From the NCBI GenBank assembly GCA_900754175.1, contig CAAEBS010000146.1, forward strand, positions 1-56,728: a stretch of 56,728 nucleotides of DNA, in the 5' to 3' direction. The stretch is from Clostridia bacterium. GTDB taxonomy: Bacteria; Bacillota; Clostridia; Oscillospirales; CAG-272. The position numbers and the translations under genes are program-made. Shown here in pieces: positions 9,746 through 18,662 of the stretch (position 1 is the stretch's first letter; every line of letters starts with the position of its first letter). The notes beneath the pieces are model-generated. The model was not told the DNA's origin and searched no databases. It worked only from the letters and a program-made list of their open reading frames with translations.

Positions 9746-10737
9746 TCCTTCCCCTCCCAGCCGAGAATTTCACAAAGCATTTCATACGCAACTTTTTTCT
9801 TTCCCTGCTTTTTGGAAGCATCACGCCGGGTGCAGACGTGCTCCGCACCGGTCACACGGCACCCGCATATCCAGAACGGATTTCCGTTTTCGTCGTGCTC
9901 CTCGGAAAAATCATATTCCGGCTCGCCGATGCACCCTTTCTGCCAAAGCTCCTGCAACTGGTTGATCGCCCGGTCCGGGTCGGGTGCGCCCACCTCGTCG
10001 TATGCCGTAACCAGCATACCGTTCTGCCCCAGAAATTCATAGGCGCTTTTGGCGGCAGACATTCTGGCTCTGCTCTTGGAACCGCCCTCTCCCGCAAAGC
10101 TTTTCTGCATACAGGGGAGCGTCAGCACGCAATGACAAAAGCTTCCCTTGCTTTGCCCGAATCCGTATTCCGGCAGTTTCTCGCTCTTTTTCTGGCACCA
10201 CTGCTGAATCAGAGCCACGTAGTTCTGATCGTTTTCAAATCCGTTGTCCAGATAATACCCCGGGTCCAGCAGACAGTCCACCACGCTCTCAAGCTGTAAA
10301 AAATCCCAGCCGGAATCCACCGCAACCGCCCCGAGAATCGCCTCAAACAGATCCTCTTTTACCGGCGCTTCGTTTTCCACGTGATTCTGCCGGTCGCCCT
10401 TGCCCATGATCAGATATTCCTGTAAGCCGAATATCTCCACTCTTCCGGACAGCATTTTCCGCTCCACCAGCTTCTGCTTCAGCGCCGTCAGCCTGCCCTC
10501 CGCCTGCTTCGACGAGTACTCACCCACCCCGTTCAGCCGCCCGTAAAAAGCGTCCAGCGTCTTTACCGCAATAACGTCCAGGACCTTGTCCCCGATGAAT
10601 TCCAGAACCTCGTTGTTGCCGCACTCCGGATTCTCCTGCGAATACGATCGCCGGGTAAATGCCTGCTGCAACAGCTTTTTGTTCTGAAAAGTATAGCCGA
10701 TCTGGGTCTCGATGTGACGGATAATTTCTGCGTTCAT
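9742..10737 (-). CDS. RNase III family protein with two C-terminal dsRNA-binding domains
   Basis: RNase III signature NEVLEFIGDKVL and EDLFEAILGAVAVDSG. Two dsRBD-like segments end in GGSKSRARMSAAKSAYEFL and ASKKQGKKKVAYEMLCEIL. I prefer ATG 10737 (MNAEIIRHIE...) over the ORF-track start 10887 because AAGGAGG lies 10 nt upstream. Confidence 0.8.
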   Translation of the reverse strand: MNAEIIRHIETQIGYTFQNKKLLQQAFTRRSYSQENPECGNNEVLEFIGDKVLDVIAVKTLDAFYGRLNGVGEYSSKQAEGRLTALKQKLVERKMLSGRVEIFGLQEYLIMGKGDRQNHVENEAPVKEDLFEAILGAVAVDSGWDFLQLESVVDCLLDPGYYLDNGFENDQNYVALIQQWCQKKSEKLPEYGFGQSKGSFCHCVLTLPCMQKSFAGEGGSKSRARMSAAKSAYEFLGQNGMLVTAYDEVGAPDPDRAINQLQELWQKGCIGEPEYDFSEEHDENGNPFWICGCRVTGAEHVCTRRDASKKQGKKKVAYEMLCEILGWEGKE

Positions 10738-10747
10738 ATAAAAACAG

Positions 10748-10772
10748 CCTCCTTGTTTTTCGTACAAGAAGG
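10748..10772 (-). promoter_or_regulatory. Hairpin sequestering the RBS of the RNase III-like gene
   Basis: mRNA sense CCUUCUUGU-acgaaaa-ACAAGGAGG: 9 bp including one G-U. The whole AAGGAGG RBS lies in the 3' arm. Confidence 0.35.
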
Positions 10773-10950
10773 CATAGATATAGCCCGACAAAGCCCACTT
10801 CACCCGTGCGCTCCCATCGGGCACCAGAAAATAAACGGAGTTACATAAATCACTTTCATTTGATAAGACCCACTTGCATAGATCCAATCAAATATTTTTG
10901 TTTTATGTCAAGCCATTTAGATCCTCGTTCCCGACCTTCCTGACACTATC

Positions 10951-10979
10951 ATTATATCAGATAAAATTTACTTTGTCAA
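10951..10979 (-). promoter_or_regulatory. Consensus sigma-A-type promoter of the RNase III-like/XRE operon
   Basis: Minus strand: TTGACA (10979..10974), exactly 17 nt, TATAAT (10956..10951). Leader of roughly 200 nt to ATG 10737. Confidence 0.6.
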
Positions 10980-10981
10980 GT

Positions 10982-11014
10982 GGTTTCAGGTAACCGTTTT
11001 GGTTACCTGAAACC
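10982..11014. repeat. Perfect 14-bp inverted repeat (candidate operator, or recQ 3' hairpin)
   Basis: ggtttcaggtaacc (10982..10995), gtttt, ggttacctgaaacc (11001..11014). Ends 2 nt upstream of the -35 above and lies 55 nt downstream of the recQ stop. No U-tract follows on the minus strand. Confidence 0.6.
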
Positions 11015-11068
11015 GGGAAATATGGTGTACTCCGTATCTGAAATTTCAATCGCAGACGCCCTGAAGGC

Positions 11069-12898
11069 TCACACCTTTTTCGACGTCTTTTCGTACTCCC
11101 GTATCCGTGCCGTAAAAATTCCGCCGTAAAGATCTCTTTTTGCCTGCCCGACGCCGTTGACCTCAGTGAATTCCGCAAGAGTCGTGGGGCGCTTGACGCA
11201 CATATCCCTTAAAGTGGCGTCGGAAAAGACGATGTACGCCGGCACGTCCTGCTCCCTGGCAAGCTGAAGACGGAGCCGTTTCAGCGCTTCAAACAGCGAA
11301 TAGTCAAAATCCCCCACAACCTCCCGGGGCTTTTTCTCTTCTGCGGCAGGCTTTGGTTTGATCGCTTTCATCAACAGCCGAATATCGCCGTGCAACACCT
11401 CCTGCGCCTGCGGCGTTACGTTCAGGACCGGATATTCATCCCCCCTGGTGCAAAGATACCCCTTTTCCTCCAGATAATCCATCCTGTCCCGGATCTCCCT
11501 CTCGGACATGGATTTTAAGATTCCGTACGTTGACAGGTTCTGCAAGCCAAACGACTGCAAGCGTGCGTTCTGACTTCCACGCAGGATATCGCAGATCATC
11601 TTTTTTCCGAAGTGCTGTCCGCTCCGGATTACGCAGGAAAGGATTTTCTGTGCGTCCTCCGTAATATCCACCGTTTCCGCATTAGACAGACAGTTGGAAC
11701 AGTTTCCGCATACCGATGCGCTTTTCTCGCCGAAGTACCGCAAAATGGAGTGCCGCAGGCAGTCGCCGGTTGTGCAGTAAAAAGTCATCTGCTTCAGACG
11801 TTCCATATCCCGCTCCCGCAGAATCTGCCGTTCTTCCTCCGGCAGATCGGAGACTTCGTCGGCTTTTGCAATCAGAAAACGGTCGGTTACCACGTCCTGC
11901 GGGCTGTAAAGCAAAATACAATCCGCCTTTTCTCCGTCCCGTCCGGCACGCCCGGCTTCCTGATAATAGCTTTCAATATCTTTCGGCATATTGTAGTGAA
12001 TGACAAACGCCACGTCTGATTTGTCGATCCCCATGCCGAACGCATTGGTCGCCACGATGATATCCACCCTGCCGTAAATAAAATCTTCCTGATTCTTTCT
12101 GCGCTCGTCGTCCGGAAGCCCCGCATGATACTGCGTGGCGGATATCCCGTTCCGGCAAAGAAGATCGCAGACCTCCTCCACCTTTTTCCTGGTAGAGGCA
12201 TAAACGATGCCCGAACTGCCGGAATGTTCCCGGATCCACGACAACAGCCTTTCCGGCTTTGACGTCGGCTTTTCCACACCGAAGAAAAGATTGGGACGGT
12301 CAAATCCGGTTGTGATGCAAAACGGTTCCCGCAATGCCAGAAGCGTTTCAATGTCCGCCCTGACCTTGTCCGTGGCGGTTGCGGTAAATGCGCCCACCGT
12401 AGGTCTTTCCGGCAATCCGGAAATGAACTCGGCTATTTTCAGATAGGACGGTCTGAAATTCTGTCCCCACTGCGACACGCAGTGCGCCTCGTCCACGATC
12501 ACCAGAGAAACCGGAACCTGACGGCAGACGTTCAGGAAGTCCGACGACGACAGCCGCTCCGGCGCCACGTACACCAGCTGATACCTGTGATCCCGGATGT
12601 TCTGAATCACCTTGGCGTACTGCCCCGCCGCCAACGTGCTGTTGACGTATGCCGCACCGACGCCGGATTGCGTAAGCCCCTCCACCTGATCCTTCATCAG
12701 CGATATCAGAGGGGAGATCACGATCGTGATGCCCTCTTTCATCAGCGCCGGCACCTGATAGCACAGCGATTTTCCCGCTCCGGTCGGCATCACGCACAAA
12801 ACGTCCTGCCCGGACAGAATGGTGTCAATGACTGTCTCCTGCCCCTCCCGGAACGTACTGTGCCCGAAATATCTTTTCAATACTTCCCGCTTGGTCAA
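11069..12898 (-). CDS. recQ: ATP-dependent DNA helicase RecQ (with HRDC domain)
   Basis: 609 aa. VLKRYFGHSTFREGQETVI, MPTGAGKSLCYQVPAL, VIVDEAHCVSQWGQNFRPSY, QEAGRAGRDG, Zn-binding CGNCSNC, and a C-terminal HRDC-like region. TTG start at 12898 with GGAGG 7 nt upstream, 2 nt after the upstream stop. Confidence 0.93.
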   Translation of the reverse strand: MTKREVLKRYFGHSTFREGQETVIDTILSGQDVLCVMPTGAGKSLCYQVPALMKEGITIVISPLISLMKDQVEGLTQSGVGAAYVNSTLAAGQYAKVIQNIRDHRYQLVYVAPERLSSSDFLNVCRQVPVSLVIVDEAHCVSQWGQNFRPSYLKIAEFISGLPERPTVGAFTATATDKVRADIETLLALREPFCITTGFDRPNLFFGVEKPTSKPERLLSWIREHSGSSGIVYASTRKKVEEVCDLLCRNGISATQYHAGLPDDERRKNQEDFIYGRVDIIVATNAFGMGIDKSDVAFVIHYNMPKDIESYYQEAGRAGRDGEKADCILLYSPQDVVTDRFLIAKADEVSDLPEEERQILRERDMERLKQMTFYCTTGDCLRHSILRYFGEKSASVCGNCSNCLSNAETVDITEDAQKILSCVIRSGQHFGKKMICDILRGSQNARLQSFGLQNLSTYGILKSMSEREIRDRMDYLEEKGYLCTRGDEYPVLNVTPQAQEVLHGDIRLLMKAIKPKPAAEEKKPREVVGDFDYSLFEALKRLRLQLAREQDVPAYIVFSDATLRDMCVKRPTTLAEFTEVNGVGQAKRDLYGGIFTARIREYEKTSKKV

Positions 12899-12900
12899 TT

Positions 12901-15900
12901 TTAAACCTCCGTATCCGTCACGTCAGCCTTCCGACGATCGATGACAAAACTCTTTTTCTCTTTCCTTTCAAAATGCAGATCCGGCAGGAGCACCGCCGTC
13001 TCCCTGGTATCCTCTTCCTTTTTCCAAGCAACGACAAACCGGACGTTGGCACTGACCGGACAGTATCCTTTCTTTTCAAGCTCCTCCAATCGTGCCATAC
13101 ACGCCTTTGACAGTTTGGCTACTTTTACAGGGTACCCTCCAAGCGTAGCAAACAAAAATCCCTGTCCGAAAGAAAGAGCCGCTCCGCTATGCAACTTTAA
13201 GATCTGTTCCTTTTTTCCCTTGAAAAAGTCCAGTACAACGTCTCTGTGGGTCAACTGAAGCGACAGCTCCTGTGGCTCCGGGTATTGCGTTGTATCGACG
13301 AACCGCCCGATTCCGGCTCCTTCATATGCATCGAAAATCCCGGTGTTGCAGTGAACATACAAATTGTCCTTTGCCCTCGTCATACCGACATAAAGCTTTC
13401 GCCGCCCGGCATCGTCACAAAGCTGTTCCCGGTTCAGAAGCAACCACACGCTGTCAAACTCTCTGCCCTTGGATTTATGTATCGTGGAAACGAATACGGT
13501 TTCCCGGTCATCGGTGTAAAAGTCCTCAAACTGAGACTCTTTTATGAACTCCTCAAGATCGCTCCGGTATTTGCTGTAAGAATTGACTTTTTCAAAATCC
13601 GAAATCATGTTTCGGACGTTCTCAAGGCAGGCACTGTCGGAATACGTCTCTTCCAAAGCCTGCTTTGCCTGATTCCACAGGTCGTTGCTGATAACCGGTG
13701 TTCTGAGCCTTTTATCAATCGTATGCAAAAAGAAGCGAACCTCTGCCAGATTATACAGCCGGAATCCGTCGAGCGACTGGATCAGTTTTGCACGAATACC
13801 GTTTTTGAGAAGCAAGCCGAGCACACATAGCGCATCTTCATTGGTACCGGTCAGGACACACGCCCTTCCGCCACGATAGTTTTCCATGATCTGCCGCACG
13901 ATCGGTTCTTCCATGTTATTGCAGGTGTGTCGTACGATCTGCACAATTCCGTTTTCTCTCTGCACCGCCTCAATCGGATTCTGCTTCATGCGATTTCCAA
14001 TCCCCTCGGCGAAACGGTTGGCAAGCGCTACAATATTTGCCTTACTGCGATAATTTTCCACCAATTCATACCGGGTGGCACCGTAATCATGGATCAATTG
14101 TCGCATAAATGCGGAATCAGAACCACGGAATTCATAAATATTCTGGTCATCGTCTCCCACAGCAATCACACGCATATCGTCATTGTTACGTATCAGCGCC
14201 TGAATCAGAGAAAATTCATCTGCGTCCATATCCTGTGCCTCGTCAATTACAAGAACGCTTTTGGTAATCCTCCCCTGCTCCACCTCGCCGTTTGCAATCA
14301 TCTGCGCCGCATCGTGCACCACGTTTTCCACGCCGTCCAGACTGCCGATCTTACCCAGCAGATCAAAACAATAAGAATGAAAGGTCTTGATCTCCACAAA
14401 ATTTGCCGCATTTCCGATCAAAGCCATCAGACGCTTTTTGAATTCGGTTGCCGCCGCCCGTGAAAAAGTCACCATAAGAAGCTGTTCGTGTTTGACATCT
14501 TCCAGAAGGAGCAAAGACGCCAGTTTATGAACAAGCACTCTTGTCTTTCCGCTTCCGGGACCAGCCGCAACCACGATATACCGGGAATCCGCATCGTTTA
14601 TAATCTGCGACTGCATATCCGAAAGCTCACCGAATAACTGATGATATTTTTCCGGTGTAATGTTCCGGTTGATATCCTTTGCCCTCTCCCCTTTGAAATA
14701 CTTAGCGATAAAACGTTTGAAATCCATTCCGAAATAATCCCGGACAAACTGAAGAGCGGCGTCATAATCCCGGACCATCAGGTTTGCATATTCGCCGACG
14801 ATATGGATCTGCTGGATCTTCTGCTTATAATACTCGCTGAGCGTCCGGTAATCCTCCGCTTTATATCGGATCTTGTTATCAAGAATTAACCGTTTTACCT
14901 CCATGCCGTTGTAAAGAACCAGGAAACCGCCCTCAAGCTTCATCGAGCCGATTTTGGAAAGATACAGGAGAGCGTCCTCCACGTCTGTAAGCATCGTTCC
15001 GGAAACGTCAAAATCAGCCCCCATGTTGGGTTCATTGATGTATTTCTGCCAAAGCCCGACCAGAGAAAACTGTACCGGCGCACTTTCCTGCCCACCCTCG
15101 ACAGTCTGTGCCATTTCATAGAGTTCTTTTACCAGGAACCGACAAACATCAACTCTGCGCCGGAATTTTTCAAGCAGTCTCGGAATTTCCATTGTAGGCA
15201 CCGCCAAGGTATGCGGCGTCGGCTCGGACGTATCGTCATCCGGGTTCCTCTCCTTACTTCCTTTGGAAATGTACCCTTTGATCGTCAGATAGTACAGAAG
15301 CGTGCGGAGATTTTTAACCGAGGAAGCCGTGATTCCGGCGTTTTGCGCCGCCTCATTGAGCTCTTTCAGAGACAGGTCTGACCCCTGCTCCGATATATGG
15401 CTCAGCAGAAATTCTTCCAGCTTTATAAAGCGGTTCAGAATCTGCGCCGACCGGTTTTCGGTATCAGATCTCATAATATAAGCCGACATATCCATTGAGT
15501 CAGCAAGCAAACCATCCTGCCGCATCAGATTGACAGACGTCACAACGTCTGCTTTCGGGATTCCCAGAATATCCGCAAGATAGTCCACCCGGGACTCCGC
15601 ATCATCATTCCCCGCCTCCGCAATACTCCGACTGGAGATCAGGGACTTGATGATCCGCTTTGCGTTTTCCTTTTGCTTGTCGTCGAAAAGCGGCGACTTT
15701 TCGATTCTGAACGAAGCCTCCGCCATGTTTTTTGCAAGGATACTGGTAGCATAGACGTGCGGAACATTTTTCCCACGTTTTACATATCCGGCATTTTCAA
15801 GCGCCGCAACTGCTGTCTTGACACGGGTCTCGATCTCCTTTATCGAATCGTCCCATCCCGCCTGCCTGGCGATCTCCAAAGCAGAACAGCATACCCACGG

Positions 15901-17790
15901 CTTTTCCCTCGTCAACTCCTTCAGCGCCTTCCAGACCTGTTGGATCTCGCTGATACTGAGTTTGGTCTGATTCAGAAGCATAAAGTGCTTATCCAGGTCA
16001 TTGTCGTTGAACAACACGTAGCATTCCGCCTGCAAACTGGGATCCCGACCGGCTCTGCCCGCCTCCTGCACGTAATTTTCCAGGGAGTCGGAAATGTCGT
16101 AGTGAACAACCAGGCGGACGTCCTTTTTGTCCACTCCCATACCAAACGCAGAGGTAGCCACAATGATTTTTACCCGGTTCTGAATAAAAGCTTCCTGATT
16201 TGCAATTTTTTCGTTCGGATCCATCTTTCCGTTGAAAGGCTTTGCGGGGAAACCGTCGCTTGTCAGCTTTTCCGCAATCTGGATCGTTCTTTTCGTGAGG
16301 GAAACGTACACGATAGTCGGGCAGTTCTTTTGCTCGATAAGCGCACGGAGCGCATTGTATTTTTCGTCATCGGTTTCTTTGTACAAAACCGTATAATGGA
16401 GGTTTTCACGATCCGCCGTGGAAGTAAACAGCTCCAGTGCAACACCAAGCTTTACCCGGAAATAATCGCAGATATCGGTAATGACCTTCTGTTTTGCCGT
16501 AGCGGTAAAGCAGGACACCGGAACCGGCGTTTTCATTTGTTTTTTCTTCTGGTACTCTTTTATAAAATCGCCAATATACAGGTAATCCACACGGAAATCC
16601 TGCCCCCATGCGGAAAAGCAGTGCGCTTCATCGATGACAAAACGCACCACGTTGCGGGAAAGAAGCAGTTTCTCAATGGTCCGGGAACGCAATTGTTCCG
16701 GAGAAATGTACAAAAGAGTTGCCAGACCGCTCTCCACCCGTTCCAGCGCTTCCGACCGCTCGATCGGGCTGAGCAGACCGTTGACCGTAACGGCGTCCAC
16801 CAGTCCTTTTTCATTCAGATTGTCAACCTGATCCTTCATCAGGGACTGAAGCGGCGAGATGACGACTGTCAGCCCATGAGCGCACTCCCCTGCCATAAGA
16901 GCCGGCAACTGAAAGGTAATGGATTTTCCGCCTCCCGTCGGAAAGACCGCCAACAAGGATTTTCCGTCAACTGCTGCCTGCGCCGCACGCTCCTGCAACG
17001 GTTCTCCGTTATAGGTACGGAAATTGTCGTACCCGAAAAACTGTTTCAGCTTTTTATGAATATCAAGTCTGTCTCTGCAATAGGCACAACCGTCTTTGCA
17101 GGGGGTATGACAAAGATATCGGACGATATTATCAATTCTCGGAAAGTTTTTAGTCAGCCACGGCGGCGTTACGGAATGGTAATCCGAAGCGCTGATCAGA
17201 GCGAGCGCATACGCAAGCTCCACAGGATAATGCCGCACCATCAGCTCCACATCCGAATTTTTGCAGATCCTCCCTTTATATTCCTTGCGGATCCATCCGG
17301 CAACGTCAGAGCGTTCCGGCGTAACGCCAACGTAATCAAAAAAGCCTTTGAATTCCTCACGATCGTACAACAGGCAACTATATATCTGTTTTCTTCTGTA
17401 AGAAAGCTCGTGAAAAGTATTGACCTCATCTGCAAACAACTGCATTGCCTTTTCGGCGTCGTTCAAAGGATTGTTAAGCTGATCGGACAAAATCTTGTCG
17501 TCCTTCAAAAGGCGATGATACGGTCGGCACGGAAACAAAAGCGGAGACAGATAAAGCGTGTCAACCGGCTTGGCACGCAACGGCTTATCAAAATGCGGCG
17601 TCAGATACAAAAGGTCATGATGAACGATATTGTGCCCACAGATAAAGTCCGCATCCGAGACAAAATCATAAAATTTTGGCACAGAAAGCGCATGAAAAGA
17701 AGACCGGTCCTCCTTTATCGCCCCAAGATCCTTTATTTTTTTGTCCTCCACACCGATTTCACTATCAATGAACACGATAGACTTTGCCAT
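12901..17790 (-). CDS. Fusion protein: DEDD 3'-5' exonuclease + RecQ-type SF2 helicase + UvrD-type SF1 helicase
   Basis: ORF track gives 12901..17850. I prefer ATG 17790 (MAKSIVFIDSEIG) with AAAGGAG 7 nt upstream. Exonuclease motifs: FIDSEIG, GHNIVHHD. RecQ motifs: FPTGGGKS, VIDEAHCFSAWGQDFR, QEAGRAGRD. UvrD motifs: AAGPGSGKT, VIDEAQDM, VGDDDQNIYEFRG, ENYRS, TIHKSKGREF, VGMTRAKDNLY. Confidence 0.9.
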   Translation of the reverse strand: MAKSIVFIDSEIGVEDKKIKDLGAIKEDRSSFHALSVPKFYDFVSDADFICGHNIVHHDLLYLTPHFDKPLRAKPVDTLYLSPLLFPCRPYHRLLKDDKILSDQLNNPLNDAEKAMQLFADEVNTFHELSYRRKQIYSCLLYDREEFKGFFDYVGVTPERSDVAGWIRKEYKGRICKNSDVELMVRHYPVELAYALALISASDYHSVTPPWLTKNFPRIDNIVRYLCHTPCKDGCAYCRDRLDIHKKLKQFFGYDNFRTYNGEPLQERAAQAAVDGKSLLAVFPTGGGKSITFQLPALMAGECAHGLTVVISPLQSLMKDQVDNLNEKGLVDAVTVNGLLSPIERSEALERVESGLATLLYISPEQLRSRTIEKLLLSRNVVRFVIDEAHCFSAWGQDFRVDYLYIGDFIKEYQKKKQMKTPVPVSCFTATAKQKVITDICDYFRVKLGVALELFTSTADRENLHYTVLYKETDDEKYNALRALIEQKNCPTIVYVSLTKRTIQIAEKLTSDGFPAKPFNGKMDPNEKIANQEAFIQNRVKIIVATSAFGMGVDKKDVRLVVHYDISDSLENYVQEAGRAGRDPSLQAECYVLFNDNDLDKHFMLLNQTKLSISEIQQVWKALKELTREKPWVCCSALEIARQAGWDDSIKEIETRVKTAVAALENAGYVKRGKNVPHVYATSILAKNMAEASFRIEKSPLFDDKQKENAKRIIKSLISSRSIAEAGNDDAESRVDYLADILGIPKADVVTSVNLMRQDGLLADSMDMSAYIMRSDTENRSAQILNRFIKLEEFLLSHISEQGSDLSLKELNEAAQNAGITASSVKNLRTLLYYLTIKGYISKGSKERNPDDDTSEPTPHTLAVPTMEIPRLLEKFRRRVDVCRFLVKELYEMAQTVEGGQESAPVQFSLVGLWQKYINEPNMGADFDVSGTMLTDVEDALLYLSKIGSMKLEGGFLVLYNGMEVKRLILDNKIRYKAEDYRTLSEYYKQKIQQIHIVGEYANLMVRDYDAALQFVRDYFGMDFKRFIAKYFKGERAKDINRNITPEKYHQLFGELSDMQSQIINDADSRYIVVAAGPGSGKTRVLVHKLASLLLLEDVKHEQLLMVTFSRAAATEFKKRLMALIGNAANFVEIKTFHSYCFDLLGKIGSLDGVENVVHDAAQMIANGEVEQGRITKSVLVIDEAQDMDADEFSLIQALIRNNDDMRVIAVGDDDQNIYEFRGSDSAFMRQLIHDYGATRYELVENYRSKANIVALANRFAEGIGNRMKQNPIEAVQRENGIVQIVRHTCNNMEEPIVRQIMENYRGGRACVLTGTNEDALCVLGLLLKNGIRAKLIQSLDGFRLYNLAEVRFFLHTIDKRLRTPVISNDLWNQAKQALEETYSDSACLENVRNMISDFEKVNSYSKYRSDLEEFIKESQFEDFYTDDRETVFVSTIHKSKGREFDSVWLLLNREQLCDDAGRRKLYVGMTRAKDNLYVHCNTGIFDAYEGAGIGRFVDTTQYPEPQELSLQLTHRDVVLDFFKGKKEQILKLHSGAALSFGQGFLFATLGGYPVKVAKLSKACMARLEELEKKGYCPVSANVRFVVAWKKEEDTRETAVLLPDLHFERKEKKSFVIDRRKADVTDTEV

Positions 17791-17824
17791 GAGACACTCC
17801 TTTTGTTCAGGTAATATGGCGCTT

Positions 17825-18625
17825 TTAAAATTCAACTCTGTTAATTTCATCTGATATTTCAGTTAAGCTTTCATAACTTCCCTTTTCGTTTAAAAAAGCC
17901 TGAACTGTTTTTTTGCCCTGAAGATTAACACTCTCGGTATACATATTGTGTTTTCGGGTATAAAGCCTGCAATTATTAAAATTTACTTCCGCATTGATCA
18001 ACGGCAAAACAACCGCAAAGTGCCTTTTCAGCAAATCCATTTGCCCTTCCGTTATTCTGGGAAAATAAGTAGACACTACATTCCAGATCCCATGACTTAC
18101 AAGTAAAAAATAATCAGTATAATTCGTCACAATAAAAACATTATTCGCTCCTGTTTTGACCGCTAAGTTCAAGGAGTACAAACTATTCCTTCTATTAAAG
18201 ACCTCGGATTTCGGATATCTATGTAATCGATTTTCACGGCATGAATAAAAGTCAAAGCACTGTACATTCCCCGAAAGATCGACGGTGGGGATGATAATAC
18301 TATTGCGCATCTTATCGCAATAAGTTCCCGAGTTGGACTTAAAAACCAAGTGATACTTTTCGGCTTCTTCCTGTTGTTGAGAGGTAGAAAAAACTTTCCT
18401 CGTCAAATAAGGGTCACCATCATGAAAACCTAAACCAAGCTTTGTTATTTCCCGAAAGGAAAGATTATACTTATTCTTTAAAAATGAAAAAGCTGCCTGC
18501 GACTTCGGATTCATCTTCCATTGGGAATAATACAATTTTGCCGCCGTGCGCATCATATTCTCTCGTGATTTTAAAATTGTACTCTTTTTTTCCTCCAATG
18601 TATAGGTATCCCCTTCACCACTCAT
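17825..18625 (-). CDS. DnaG-core-like protein lacking Zn finger and catalytic TOPRIM residues (pseudo-primase)
   Basis: 266 aa. By eye it aligns to the DnaG RNAP/TOPRIM core. LGLGFHD matches IGFAP. MRNSIIIPTVDLSGNVQCF matches FRxRxMFPIxDxxGxVIGFGGR. RYPKSEVFNRRNSLYSL matches KYLNSPETxxFxKGxxLYGL. VFIVTNYTDYFLL matches VVEGYMDVVAL. The TOPRIM Glu is Thr and DGDxAG is replaced by INAEVN. RBS AAGGTGGA. Confidence 0.6.
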   Translation of the reverse strand: MSGEGDTYTLEEKKSTILKSRENMMRTAAKLYYSQWKMNPKSQAAFSFLKNKYNLSFREITKLGLGFHDGDPYLTRKVFSTSQQQEEAEKYHLVFKSNSGTYCDKMRNSIIIPTVDLSGNVQCFDFYSCRENRLHRYPKSEVFNRRNSLYSLNLAVKTGANNVFIVTNYTDYFLLVSHGIWNVVSTYFPRITEGQMDLLKRHFAVVLPLINAEVNFNNCRLYTRKHNMYTESVNLQGKKTVQAFLNEKGSYESLTEISDEINRVEF

Positions 18626-18662
18626 ATGCCGTTTTCCACCTTATGTAAAATCTTATACTTAC

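Noticed and set aside
10738-10887. N-terminal 50-aa extension of the RNase III-like ORF (ORF-track start 10887)
   Set aside because: There is no RBS at 10887. AAGGAGG sits in front of ATG 10737, and the RNase III domain begins right after that Met. The extension would be a Cys/Tyr-rich non-homologous tail.
17791-17850. 20-aa N-terminal extension of the giant helicase overlapping the upstream gene
   Set aside because: ATG 17790 has AAAGGAG 7 nt upstream, and the exonuclease motif starts immediately after it. The longer form has no RBS.
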